Below, piece after piece: positions 46,365 through 55,958 of a stretch of DNA of 64,000 bases. Numbering within the stretch: position 1 is the stretch's first letter; the number at the start of each line of letters is the position of its first letter. Below the pieces are notes generated by a model. The model saw only the letters and a program-made list of their open reading frames with translations, ran no database searches and was not told the DNA's origin. The DNA is from Planctomycetota bacterium. Lineage in GTDB: Bacteria > Planctomycetota > SZUA-567 > H5-PLA8. A program made the translations under genes and the position numbers. The stretch covers positions 32,001-96,000 of the forward strand of contig JBBRPR010000020.1 of assembly GCA_038227875.1 (NCBI GenBank). The letters are read 5' to 3'.

Positions 46365-47792
46365 ATGAAAAAGAAGAAGAGTTTACACCCGAAACGCGTT
46401 TATCACCCGCACGACAAAAATCTCCCGTCAGCTCCGACCAAATCGACCAAGAGCTTCGACAAATCGGGCGCGGTGACGAGCATGTACCCCACGGTGGCGC
46501 TGGTGGGCCGCCCGAACGTGGGCAAGTCGAGCTTGTTCAACGCGCTGTTGAAGCGCGAAATCTCGATCACCGACGCGCGCGCAGGCACGACGCGCGACCG
46601 CATCCTTCATCCGATCGTGATCAACGACAAGCCGCTGGACCTGATGGACACCGGCGGCATCGGCATCGTCGACAGCCAGGATCTGTCGAAGGACGTCGAG
46701 CAGCAGATCGAAAAAGCGATCGTCGCCGCCACGGTGCTCGCGTTTGTCGTCGATGCGCAACAGGGCCTGACGCCGCTGGACCGCGAAGTGGCCGCGAAGC
46801 TGCGCAAGCTCAACCGCCCGATGATCTGCGTCGCCAACAAGACCGAAGGCAAAGACGCCAAGGTGCTGATCAACGAATTTTCCGAACTGGGCATCGAGCC
46901 GGTGGTCGCGACGTCGGCGGTGCATCGCATCGGCCTCGACGATCTGGAAGAAGCCATTGCCGCGCACATTCCGCGCGTTGACGAACGCGAAGACGAGTGG
47001 GAAGACATTCCACGCCTGGCCGTGGTCGGGCGGCGCAACGTCGGCAAGAGCAGTTTCTGCAATGCGCTGGCTCATGAAGAACGCACGATCGTCTCGCCCA
47101 TCGCGGGAACCACGCGCGATGCCGTCGACATGATGCTGGAGAAAGACGGACAGCGCTTCTGCCTGGTCGACACGGCCGGACTGCGGCGCATGAAAACGCC
47201 GGAAGGTCCCGTGGAATTCTTCGCGCAGGTCCGCACCGAACGTGCGATCCGCCGCGCCGACGTCGTGATTCTGATGGTCTCGTCGCTGGAAGGCATCAGC
47301 ACCACCGACCGCAACACCGCCAACCTGATCGTCGAAGAGTACAAGCCCTGCCTGATCGTCGTCAACAAATGGGACTTGAGCAAGGGCGTGATGACCGGCG
47401 AGTACGTGAAGTACATCGAAGAGCGTCTGCCGCCGCTGCGTTACGCGCCGATCACGTTTTCGAGCGCGATTTCCGGGACGCGCTGCTGGCAGACCATCGA
47501 CGTGGCGCTGGAATTGTACCACCAGGCCAGCACGCAGGTGCCGACGCCGCAGCTGAACAAGGCCATCGAACGCGCGGAGTTCGAACACGAACCGCCCGCA
47601 TACAAGGGCTACAAACCGCGTCTACTGTACGGCGTGCAGGTCGCCGTACGGCCGCCGACGTTCGTGATTCATTGCCGCCACGCCGAGAAGATCGACAAGA
47701 AATACCATCGGTATCTGTCGGCGCGGTTGCGCGAAATTCTTGATCTCTCGGAAGTGCCAGTGCGCCTGTTGCTTCGCGAAGCGACGCGCTAA
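46365..47792 (+). CDS. der: Ribosome biogenesis GTPase Der (EngA)
   Basis: Two GTPase domains (GRPNVGKS/DTGG/NKTE and GRRNVGKS/DTAG/NKWD) plus a KH-like C-terminus (PPTFV). Confidence 0.96.
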   Translation: MKKKKSLHPKRVYHPHDKNLPSAPTKSTKSFDKSGAVTSMYPTVALVGRPNVGKSSLFNALLKREISITDARAGTTRDRILHPIVINDKPLDLMDTGGIGIVDSQDLSKDVEQQIEKAIVAATVLAFVVDAQQGLTPLDREVAAKLRKLNRPMICVANKTEGKDAKVLINEFSELGIEPVVATSAVHRIGLDDLEEAIAAHIPRVDEREDEWEDIPRLAVVGRRNVGKSSFCNALAHEERTIVSPIAGTTRDAVDMMLEKDGQRFCLVDTAGLRRMKTPEGPVEFFAQVRTERAIRRADVVILMVSSLEGISTTDRNTANLIVEEYKPCLIVVNKWDLSKGVMTGEYVKYIEERLPPLRYAPITFSSAISGTRCWQTIDVALELYHQASTQVPTPQLNKAIERAEFEHEPPAYKGYKPRLLYGVQVAVRPPTFVIHCRHAEKIDKKYHRYLSARLREILDLSEVPVRLLLREATR

Positions 47793-47798
47793 AGGCGA

Positions 47799-48665
47799 CT
47801 ATTCAATGCGCAGCGAGGCGCGGTATTCCTTCGGCGACATGCCGCAGGCTTCCGCGAAGACCGCGTAAAAACGGCTGAGCGAACCGAAGCCGGATTCCAG
47901 CGCGACGTCGAGAATTTTGGCGTCGCTGGTGAGCAGCAGGCGTTGCGCGTGCGAAATGCGGTGCTGCGTGGCGTAATCGACCAGGCTCGTCCCCATTGAT
48001 TTGCGGAAGAGATTCATCGCGTAATTGGGATGCAGGCCCACGGCGCCGGCAATCTCCGCGACGCGCAGCGGACGCATGTAATGCTGCGCGACATAGTGGA
48101 CCATCTGTTCGACCTTCGGCAGCGTTTCGCTGTGTACGGAAGACTTGGTCTGCGTCCGGCTCTTCTTTTCACAACTGAGCGTCAGGCGCCGCAGTCGCGC
48201 TTCCAATTCCAGCAGGAAAATCGAGCGGTGTTCAGCGCCCTCGTTGGCGGGGCGCGCTTTGTCCGCGGCCCATTGCTTGAAGAGCGCCAGATCGCTCTCC
48301 GTGCGCGAGGCGTCGCCTTCGACGATCAATTCGCCGCGCATGATTTTCTGCGTAAAGGAATCGGGCAGCTTCCACTGCAGGAACCAGACGAGCGGCAGCG
48401 TTACCCAATTGCAGCGTGTCGCGCCGGGCGTGGCGATCAGTTGATGCGGGATGCCGGCCCAAAACAGAGCCAGACGCCACGGCGGAACCACTGCCTTGTT
48501 TCCGCCGAGCAGATATGTAAACGACCCGCCTTCGACCAGATTGATTTCAATTTCATTATGACGGTGCGGCCGCTCCATGCGGCGCGCGTGGCCCTGCCAG
48601 TTCATCAGCCCGATCTGAGTGGCCGGAACCGGGCTGAAGGGTTTCGAGTGTGAACGCTTGGGCAT
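47799..48665 (-). CDS. AraC family transcriptional regulator (MelR-like)
   Basis: PHRHNEIEIN, LFWAGIPHQ, VGLHPNYAMNLF and GFGSLSRFY. Confidence 0.92.
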   Translation of the reverse strand: MPKRSHSKPFSPVPATQIGLMNWQGHARRMERPHRHNEIEINLVEGGSFTYLLGGNKAVVPPWRLALFWAGIPHQLIATPGATRCNWVTLPLVWFLQWKLPDSFTQKIMRGELIVEGDASRTESDLALFKQWAADKARPANEGAEHRSIFLLELEARLRRLTLSCEKKSRTQTKSSVHSETLPKVEQMVHYVAQHYMRPLRVAEIAGAVGLHPNYAMNLFRKSMGTSLVDYATQHRISHAQRLLLTSDAKILDVALESGFGSLSRFYAVFAEACGMSPKEYRASLRIE

Positions 48666-48684
48666 GTGCTGAGATTAGCAGTTT

Positions 48685-48742
48685 GTAGTCCGGGCGTCTC
48701 GCCCGGTCTGACTGCACCCGAGTCGAGAGAGGCATGCCTCTC
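48685..48742. repeat. REP-like GTAG hairpin plus a 16-bp perfect palindrome
   Basis: GTAG-T-CCGGGCG-TCT-CGCCCGG at 48685; GAGAGGCATGCCTCTC at 48727-48742. Confidence 0.45.
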
Positions 48743-48819
48743 GATCGGCGCATTCACCACCGCGAAAGCAAACGGATTTGCTTTGCGATTCAGCTAGTCC
48801 ATCGAACGAACGGCTGCGA

Positions 48820-49809
48820 CTACATCTTCGTCCAATCAAACAAAATCCCCATCGTCTCCCCGCGCTTCGTGTTGGCGACGTCATAGGCCTGTTGAAATTC
48901 CAGCGGCGCGAAAGTGTGGGTGATCAGACCGCTGAGGTTAAAACGACCGCTCTTAACCAGATTAAAGAAGAGCCGGTAAATGCGCGGCCCCGTCCAGGAG
49001 CCGACTTCATGACCGTCATGCGCGCCGGTGATGGTGACGCCGCGCGTCACGACGTCGGAGGTGAGATGCTGGCGGCTGGGCGCGCCTGTGTCACCGAGGA
49101 GCACCAGTTTGCCGTGGCGCGCGACCAGCGTGAGCGCTGCCGCGAAGACGTGTTCGTTACCGGTGGTGTCGACGACGATCTTCGGCAACGCGCCGTAGTT
49201 CTGCGCTTTGACTTCGTCCATGCATTTGTCGACGGCCGTATTGATCACCGACGTCGCTCCGCCGCGCGTCGCCATTTCCAAGCGAGACGCCACGGGATCG
49301 GCGACGATCACGTTCTCCGCGCCGCACGCGCGGGCCCAGCGTAGAGTCATCTGGCCAATGGGGCCGGCACCGATCACGAGCACGTCGTCTCCAATCGCAT
49401 ACGCCGCCGCTTTCGCGCCCATCGAGGCGATCTTGGCGAGCGCAAACCAGGCGGCATCCTGCGAGTTGACCGCGGCGGGAATCGGCGAGCATTGGCTTTC
49501 GGAGAGCACGTGATGCGAGGCATGCCCCTCGCGCGCCACGACGCGGTCGCCGACCTTTACATTCTTGACGTCTTCGCCGACGGCTTCCACTTCGCCGACG
49601 AGCGAATAGCCGGGGTAGAACGGATACTTCACCCAGCGATCCCAGTGCGTGCCGGCTTCAAAGAGCCGGTTGTAAACGATGTTCTCCGTTCCGGTGCTCA
49701 TCAACGAGCAGACCGAGCGGACGCGAATTTTGTCGCCGCGCGGATCTTCGACTTTGAACTCTTCCAGAGCAACCTTCTGTTTTCCGGTGAAGACCACGCG
49801 AACGCCCAT
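48820..49809 (-). CDS. Medium-chain (zinc-binding alcohol) dehydrogenase-like oxidoreductase
   Basis: SLMSTGTE, YPFYPGYSLVGEV...GDRV and Rossmann VIGAGPIG; ATG at 49809. Confidence 0.88.
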   Translation of the reverse strand: MGVRVVFTGKQKVALEEFKVEDPRGDKIRVRSVCSLMSTGTENIVYNRLFEAGTHWDRWVKYPFYPGYSLVGEVEAVGEDVKNVKVGDRVVAREGHASHHVLSESQCSPIPAAVNSQDAAWFALAKIASMGAKAAAYAIGDDVLVIGAGPIGQMTLRWARACGAENVIVADPVASRLEMATRGGATSVINTAVDKCMDEVKAQNYGALPKIVVDTTGNEHVFAAALTLVARHGKLVLLGDTGAPSRQHLTSDVVTRGVTITGAHDGHEVGSWTGPRIYRLFFNLVKSGRFNLSGLITHTFAPLEFQQAYDVANTKRGETMGILFDWTKM

Positions 49810-50017
49810 AGTGGATTTCCTTATCAAGGCCAGATTCCCTGGCGTAGACCCAGAAATGCGGAATGACGCATCACTGGTAATTCGTGTCATCGGACTCGCA
49901 TCGCACAGGTGGATTCTGACCCAAACGAGAGGAGCGGGCAATTCCGAAGAATGGTTATAACTTCCACTTTTTGGCTATCTTGGTTAGAGTTGGCTGTGCA
50001 CCGCGTGGAGATCAACG

Positions 50018-50827
50018 ATGAAGAGCGGCGATTTGGAAACGTACTTTGCGGCAAAGCCATTGCGGTTCCTGACCGGATTCCGGCACGCCGCGCTGAATTA
50101 CTGCCAGATGCATTTCCATCAAGCCTTCGAAATCGTCTACCACCCAACCGGCCGCGGCGTGACGAAAATCAAGAGCGGGGAGAGTGTCGCGTACGACGAA
50201 AACGGCGTGGTGGTCTACGCGCCCTTCATGTCACACGACCAGACGCCGCAAACGGCCGGCGAAGATGTCTGCCTGCAATTCGACAGTGCGCTGCCGCTGC
50301 CGGCGGCTCTGCAGAAATGCATTTACGTTCCGCCGCTTCGCGACGGACACCTGATTGCCGAGATCAACGATCTCGCGCGCTTCAACGCGTCGGGGTTGAG
50401 CGCTCTGCAAAAAACGGCGCTCAATTGCCGCATCAACGCGCTGCTGATTCACTTCGTTCAAGCCAGTTCGGCTGCCTCCGCTGGCGCGCGGCGACCCAGC
50501 ACCGAACGCTACGCCGAGGCCGCGCGCAGCCACATCACCAGCCATTCGCAGGAAATCAGCCGCATCGAGGACGTCGCCGCTCACGTCGGCGTCAGCCACA
50601 CGTACCTGCGGCATCTTTTCAAGGAACACTACGGCGTCACGCTCGCAGCGTACCTGAACCAGGCGCGCGTGGAGCGGGCCAAGGACTTGCTGACCCGCTC
50701 GGCGTTGCCACTGAAGATCGTGGCGACGATGTGCGGCTTTGACAACGAGCGTTACTTCTCTCACGTCTTCAAAAAGCATTCCCGCTGCACGCCCGGCGAA
50801 TTCCGAGGACGACTACTTCATTTCTGA
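50018..50827 (+). CDS. AraC family transcriptional regulator
   Basis: Cupin MHFHQAFEIVY; C-terminal double HTH CGFDNERYFSHVFKK...TPGEFR. Confidence 0.92.
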   Translation: MKSGDLETYFAAKPLRFLTGFRHAALNYCQMHFHQAFEIVYHPTGRGVTKIKSGESVAYDENGVVVYAPFMSHDQTPQTAGEDVCLQFDSALPLPAALQKCIYVPPLRDGHLIAEINDLARFNASGLSALQKTALNCRINALLIHFVQASSAASAGARRPSTERYAEAARSHITSHSQEISRIEDVAAHVGVSHTYLRHLFKEHYGVTLAAYLNQARVERAKDLLTRSALPLKIVATMCGFDNERYFSHVFKKHSRCTPGEFRGRLLHF

Positions 50828-53496
50828 ATGACGTAATACATGCAGTTGTTGAGAAGTTCGATCTTGAGTGTATTGCCCTCGCCCGAAGGGAGGTCTTTCG
50901 ATTTGCAGCCGTTGGTATCCAGCGCGGTTACTTTCAGCGCGGCAGCATCGGCGCGGGTGATGGTCACGGTTCCAGCGAACTTGCGAACGCAGAGGGGCGC
51001 GCCGCCGATGTTCGTGATCTGCAGACAGTCGACCTCGTCTTTGCCGCTGAAGGCGGTCTTTGCGGGCTGCGTCTCCCAGCCAAAATTTTTCTCCTCGCTC
51101 ATGACCTGCAACAGAATCTTGCCCGATTCCCGAAGTGGTTTTCCATCCAGCGAGACGACGAACGCGGCGCCGTATTCAAACTGAAGATTCAACGCGACGT
51201 CGCCGAGTGTCAATGGGCCGGAAGATTGGAAAAATCCCGTGGCGCCCTGCGCACACGGCGCGTTGAGCGTGACCAGGCCTTTGCCGTAATCGAAGGTCAA
51301 TTCGCCGGTGGCGCTTTTGACTATCTTGGCGTTGCGGTCGATGTGTTTGTCGAGTTCCGGCAAGGTGGACGAGGAGCCCGGGTTGTCTCCGATCGTGCGG
51401 ATGACGCGCCCGACGTAGAACGCCAGCGGATCGACACTCGTTAAGGTTCCTTCAGGATTGGAATTGGGGTTGGAGTCTCCTTTTTCTGCAGTGGTGTGCG
51501 GTTGGGCGTTGAAATCCGAGGAGGCCGCATCGACGGAGAACCTTGCGCCTTTTAACTCGTACAGATCTTTCAGTGCGAGGGCTTCGTTAATGGCGACCGG
51601 TCCTTCTTTAACGTAGCCATTACGGAAAATAAGCGAGGCGGCCGGGTATTGCCCGATCGCACTGGGCGTTTGGATGGGCCACTTTTTCAGAACCATGGCG
51701 AGCCAGTCGGGTTGAATCGAGAAAATACAATACCCGTCCATGCCTTGAAGCGAACCGTAGCAGGCCTCCAAGAAAGGCTCTTCGGCCCGGAACCTGTTGG
51801 GCATGGCCCAATCGCCTTCGGTCATAAAGTGCGGGAAACCCGCGCACTGAATATGCATCAGGATGGCCTGTTCGGGATTTTTCAGCAGCGATAGATCCGT
51901 GTAGTAATCTCCCTTGCTCACCGCATAGCCGGATTTGACGCCCTTATGCGGTGGCGCGAAATACGAATTCTCGGCCGTGATGTCCATGCTCATGTTGGCG
52001 TACTGATCCAATGGATTGAGAACACGCTTGTCGAATGTCTGCCAGTTCGAACCGATAACCAGTCCTTCATAGCCCAGTTCAGAACGAAGCCATTTCTTTG
52101 TCTCTGTGTACCAGTCCCGCATCAGCTCCGTGAGAAAGCGAACTTCGTCCCTCGCGCGCAGGGCATTGCGCTGTGCCACAGCCCAGTCGGCACTTCCGAG
52201 CAGGTAGGCCGGGTAAAACCCCACGCGACCTGCAGCAAAGTCATCCCCCTTGGGATACTTATCGGGTCCCCAGGCTGCCGCCGCTTTTTCGAGCGAGCCG
52301 TAGCGGACTTTGAGCCACTCAGCAAACTTTCCTTCCAGCAGGTGCATTGGTTCCTCAGTCAATGATCCCGCGTAGGGCTTGAACGTTCCCCATAAGAGAC
52401 TGTCCTCGTCCAGTAATTCAACCGAGACCACGGATGGATCTTTGGCGAGAGGGATGCCGGTGTAAGGATTGACGGTGCCCAGCAGTGTGCGCGCCCAGCC
52501 CTTGTACTGCTCCTGGTACTTCGGGTTGAAATAGAATTGCCCGCTCAGGTCGCCCCCCGCAGTGCAAAACCACAAAAAGTCCGAGTAGATGCCTTGTTTC
52601 TTCAGCGCGGCCACGAAGTAATGGACAGCTTCCATCAGTGGCTTGGGTTGATTGAACATGCCGGCCAAATGAAAGCGGACCAGATTAACTCCTGTTTTGG
52701 CGAGCCGCCGGGCCAGGTAATCCAGCTCAGGTTTGCTCAACAATACTTCATCGCCAATGGTTACACCCCAGAAGCGAACCTTCTTTCCCGACTTCTCGAA
52801 GACCAGGTCGTCTCCGCGAGCCACCACACGGCCTTGTGTACCGGCTTCGGAATCGTTGAAGATGCGCATGTCCAGCAGGGCACTGGCATCAAACGCATCC
52901 TTATCCGGCTCGAAGGGAAACCATCCTTCGGGGGCACGATTGTATTTCCCACCCGGCTTCAACGGTCCGTTGGGTGAAAACGCGCCGGGGATGAGCAGCC
53001 AGCAATCGAACGCAATCGCGGTGGCGTCTTTTAGCGCCTCGATTTCAAGTACGTTGGCGCCCTCAGGCAGCTTGACGATGCCGAGGAAGACCCAATTGAC
53101 GCCGACGTCCTGCCGCACCGAGATGCCGTCGGCAAGGATGCAATCGCGCCCGCAGGTCGTCCACTCGCCGCCATTCCAGCGCCACTTGAAGGGTCCGTGC
53201 TTCCAGAATTTTCGTGTCCAGAAGTTGTAGTCGCCCGCCGTCGGCGTCTGGATTTCATATTTCGCGGTGACGCCGGACCCCTTGTCCGTCTGCAGCCAGT
53301 CGCCGCCGGAGAGTTTTTCTTTTTCCTGGTCCGTTATCGGCTTGAACGAGTTGCTGGGTGGAAACGTGTGCGCCACGGCCGCCTCGCCCTCCCACCAGAC
53401 GTAGGCGGGCAGCTCCGCCGCGGCGACGCGTGGCCAAGAGTGAGCGCAAAAAACAGCCATGCTAATTGCAAGTACGATCCATTTGGGATTTCTCAT
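50818..53496 (-). CDS. Secreted clan GH-A-like glycoside hydrolase (GH5/GH42-like)
   Basis: Signal peptide; VRFWGV, LAKTGVNLVRFH, VNPYTG...KDP, ELLDEDS (putative acid/base) and FMTEG (putative nucleophile). Confidence 0.75.
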   Translation of the reverse strand: MRNPKWIVLAISMAVFCAHSWPRVAAAELPAYVWWEGEAAVAHTFPPSNSFKPITDQEKEKLSGGDWLQTDKGSGVTAKYEIQTPTAGDYNFWTRKFWKHGPFKWRWNGGEWTTCGRDCILADGISVRQDVGVNWVFLGIVKLPEGANVLEIEALKDATAIAFDCWLLIPGAFSPNGPLKPGGKYNRAPEGWFPFEPDKDAFDASALLDMRIFNDSEAGTQGRVVARGDDLVFEKSGKKVRFWGVTIGDEVLLSKPELDYLARRLAKTGVNLVRFHLAGMFNQPKPLMEAVHYFVAALKKQGIYSDFLWFCTAGGDLSGQFYFNPKYQEQYKGWARTLLGTVNPYTGIPLAKDPSVVSVELLDEDSLLWGTFKPYAGSLTEEPMHLLEGKFAEWLKVRYGSLEKAAAAWGPDKYPKGDDFAAGRVGFYPAYLLGSADWAVAQRNALRARDEVRFLTELMRDWYTETKKWLRSELGYEGLVIGSNWQTFDKRVLNPLDQYANMSMDITAENSYFAPPHKGVKSGYAVSKGDYYTDLSLLKNPEQAILMHIQCAGFPHFMTEGDWAMPNRFRAEEPFLEACYGSLQGMDGYCIFSIQPDWLAMVLKKWPIQTPSAIGQYPAASLIFRNGYVKEGPVAINEALALKDLYELKGARFSVDAASSDFNAQPHTTAEKGDSNPNSNPEGTLTSVDPLAFYVGRVIRTIGDNPGSSSTLPELDKHIDRNAKIVKSATGELTFDYGKGLVTLNAPCAQGATGFFQSSGPLTLGDVALNLQFEYGAAFVVSLDGKPLRESGKILLQVMSEEKNFGWETQPAKTAFSGKDEVDCLQITNIGGAPLCVRKFAGTVTITRADAAALKVTALDTNGCKSKDLPSGEGNTLKIELLNNCMYYVIQK

Positions 53497-53515
53497 GTCT
53501 ATTCCTTTCGTGTCA

Positions 53516-54586
53516 TCAGCCTCGCAACGCTGCGGTCGCGGTGCTTTGGCGAATCATCAGCTGCGATGGAATCTGTTCGATTTGCTGTTGGAACCCGGCG
53601 CGTGCCGTATCACTGGAGGCCAGTTCGATGGCCCGCAGCGCCGCCACCCGTCCAATTTTCTGGAGCTGGTGGCTGATGGCCGTCATCGGAGGCCAGGCAA
53701 CCGGAGCGTAAATATCGTCAAAGCCGATGACGGAGACGTCCTCGGGCACACGTAAGCCGGCGTTCGCCAGCGCCGCGTACGCGCCGAGCGCAGCCGTCTC
53801 TTCGTAGCAGACCACCGCGGTAAAGCCGGAATGCTCCGCGATAAAATTCAGGAGACTGGCGCGCGCGGCTGCAACCTGTTCCTGATCCGTGCGCGGACGA
53901 ACCAGGCACAGCTCCGTGCTTTCCAGTCCGAGATTTTGCACGGCCTTCAGGAATGCATCACGGCGCACGGCGCAGCTGCGGTGCAACTCCGGCGGCGGAC
54001 CCATCCAGAGCAAACGGCGATGTCCAAGTTGCGCCAAATGTGTAACAGCTTCGACCACGCCGACTGCATCATCGAGATTCACCACCGGAAGGGAAGTGGG
54101 CCCATGGAATTCGGTCAGGACAATGGGCAGCGCGCTATCCATTGTTGCGGAGATGGGGTGGGCCGCAAAGACGAAGCCTGGTATGACCAGGGCGTCCACC
54201 CGGTGTTCGTTCAGGAACCGCAAGCCGTTGGCGACATCGGTTAGATCGTCAACCGCCCCAACAATGACGACGTGACGGCCCGAGGCTCGGATAGTCGTGT
54301 CGATCGCGTTAAACATGGGGGCCCAAAACGGCGCCCCATTTTCTTCAGCGTCACCCTGGTTGAGCACGACGCCGATCGCCCGCGCTTTCCCGGTGAGGAG
54401 TGAACGGGCGTGGTAATTGGGCTGGTAGCCGAGCTGAAGCGCTGCCTTGCGGACGGCCTGGCTGCAGGCCTCGCTGATGCGTCCGCTTTCCGAAGACGGA
54501 TTAAGCACTTTACTGACGGTTCCGGGGCTGACCTTGGCGCGGCGGGCGACATCCTCGATGGTAACTTTGGATGATTTTCGGGTCAT
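53516..54586 (-). CDS. LacI family transcriptional regulator
   Basis: TIEDVARRAKVSPGTVSKVLN, LGYQPN..ARSL, VPEDVSVIGFDD and LMIRQST. Confidence 0.95.
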   Translation of the reverse strand: MTRKSSKVTIEDVARRAKVSPGTVSKVLNPSSESGRISEACSQAVRKAALQLGYQPNYHARSLLTGKARAIGVVLNQGDAEENGAPFWAPMFNAIDTTIRASGRHVVIVGAVDDLTDVANGLRFLNEHRVDALVIPGFVFAAHPISATMDSALPIVLTEFHGPTSLPVVNLDDAVGVVEAVTHLAQLGHRRLLWMGPPPELHRSCAVRRDAFLKAVQNLGLESTELCLVRPRTDQEQVAAARASLLNFIAEHSGFTAVVCYEETAALGAYAALANAGLRVPEDVSVIGFDDIYAPVAWPPMTAISHQLQKIGRVAALRAIELASSDTARAGFQQQIEQIPSQLMIRQSTATAALRG

Positions 54587-54618
54587 GCGCGCACGCCTTA
54601 GTGAGTATTTTTGTCCTA

Positions 54619-54636
54619 TGCGAAAACCTTTTCGCA
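54619..54636. promoter_or_regulatory. Putative LacI-type operator
   Basis: TGCGAAAA-CC-TTTTCGCA about 33 bp upstream of the lacI-family start, resembling the GAAA(A)CG(T)TTTC family consensus. Confidence 0.65.
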
Positions 54637-54816
54637 AAGGTGAATACACCGGACTCTGCGCGTGGTCGTAAGTTTTATCAATTTGTTTAGAAGGTTAAAT
54701 AACGATGGCCCCAATTAAGGGGCTTCGGACCAGATCCCGCGCCAATTAAGGGCTGTCGAAAATTGGATAGGACTGGAAGCTACGCGCACGGATTGCGCGT
54801 CCCTTCCCTGATGAGG

Positions 54817-55836
54817 TTATGGACGCGAGAGGCCCAAGCCTGGACCGGCCGGCAGAATCAGTTTCGCCTGCTTGTCGATCAATACGCCGCGAAACGGATC
54901 GTCGGAGATCAGCAGGTTGCCGTCGAGGTCGGCGTAATCGACCAGCGGGGCGAGGTGCGCGGCGGCGGTGATCAGCACGCTCGACTCGATCATGCAGCCG
55001 AGCATGATCTTCAATCCGCAGGCACGCGCCAAGTGGATCATCTTGAGCGCCTGGCGCAGGCCACCGCACTTCACCAGCTTGATGTTGATGCCGTCGACGC
55101 AGCCCCACAGGCCGGGGATGTCGTCGGGCGTCAGGCTGGATTCATCGGTCATCAGCGGGACGCCGATTTTGTTTTTGATGCGTTTCAAGGCGGCGTTGTT
55201 GCCCGGCGGGACTGGCTGCTCGATGAACTCGACGCCGAGTTTCTCCAGCACCTTTGCCTTGCGGATCGCTTCGGGGACGCTCCAACCGCAATTGGCATCA
55301 ACGCGCAGGCGCTTTTTGGGCGCGAGTTTGCGGACTTCGTGCATGATCTCCAGATCGTGTGCGACACCGAGCTTGATCTTGAGCACGGGGAATCGGGCGG
55401 CCTCTTCGACCTTCTGCGCCACTTTCTCCAGTGTGGCGATGCCGATGGTGAAGGAGGTTTGCGGCGTCGTCGACGGGTCGAGGCCCCACAACTTCCAGAG
55501 TGGCACGCCGAGCTTCTTGCCGATCAGATCGTGGAGCGCAATGTCGACAGCGCAAATGGCGCTGGGTTCTTTCGGAAAACGCGCGCGGAGGTCGGTGAGA
55601 ATTGTTTCAAGTTCAAACGGATCGCGGTTGGCGAGCCGCTTGCCCATCTTCGCCAGCGCGGCGATGGAGCTGGCTTGCGTCTGCCCGTAATATTTCGCCG
55701 GCGATGTTTCACCGAGCCCCGTGAACTTTCCATCCCGCAATTCGACCAACGCGTTTTGCGCGATGTCGGTCGAATTGCGGGAGATGGTGAAGGTGTGGCG
55801 AAGCGTCAGGTTGAGGGGAGAGGGAGTTAGTTTCAT
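54817..55836 (-). CDS. Dipeptide epimerase / N-acyl-amino-acid racemase (enolase superfamily; AEE/DgcA-like)
   Basis: FTISR, KIKLG, VDAN, IEQP, TDES, NIKLVKCGG, GCMIES and DLDG. Confidence 0.92.
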   Translation of the reverse strand: MKLTPSPLNLTLRHTFTISRNSTDIAQNALVELRDGKFTGLGETSPAKYYGQTQASSIAALAKMGKRLANRDPFELETILTDLRARFPKEPSAICAVDIALHDLIGKKLGVPLWKLWGLDPSTTPQTSFTIGIATLEKVAQKVEEAARFPVLKIKLGVAHDLEIMHEVRKLAPKKRLRVDANCGWSVPEAIRKAKVLEKLGVEFIEQPVPPGNNAALKRIKNKIGVPLMTDESSLTPDDIPGLWGCVDGINIKLVKCGGLRQALKMIHLARACGLKIMLGCMIESSVLITAAAHLAPLVDYADLDGNLLISDDPFRGVLIDKQAKLILPAGPGLGLSRP

Positions 55837-55863
55837 TCACGTTCCTTCGCGGCGTTTAACAGA

Positions 55864-55912
55864 GTCATTGGGCATTGGTCATTGGTCATTGGTCATTGGT
55901 CATTTTTCATTT
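55864..55912. repeat. Seven tandem GTCATTG-type heptamers
   Basis: gtcattg ggcattg gtcattg gtcattg gtcattg gtcattt ttcattt. Confidence 0.85.
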
Positions 55913-55958
55913 ACGAAGGGCGGCCAAGATTGACCGCCCCGAATCCCGATTCCGACTA

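Noticed and set aside
46365..46481. N-terminal extension on Der
   Set aside because: May reflect start-codon choice (alternative Met before YPTVALVG); cannot be resolved from the sequence.
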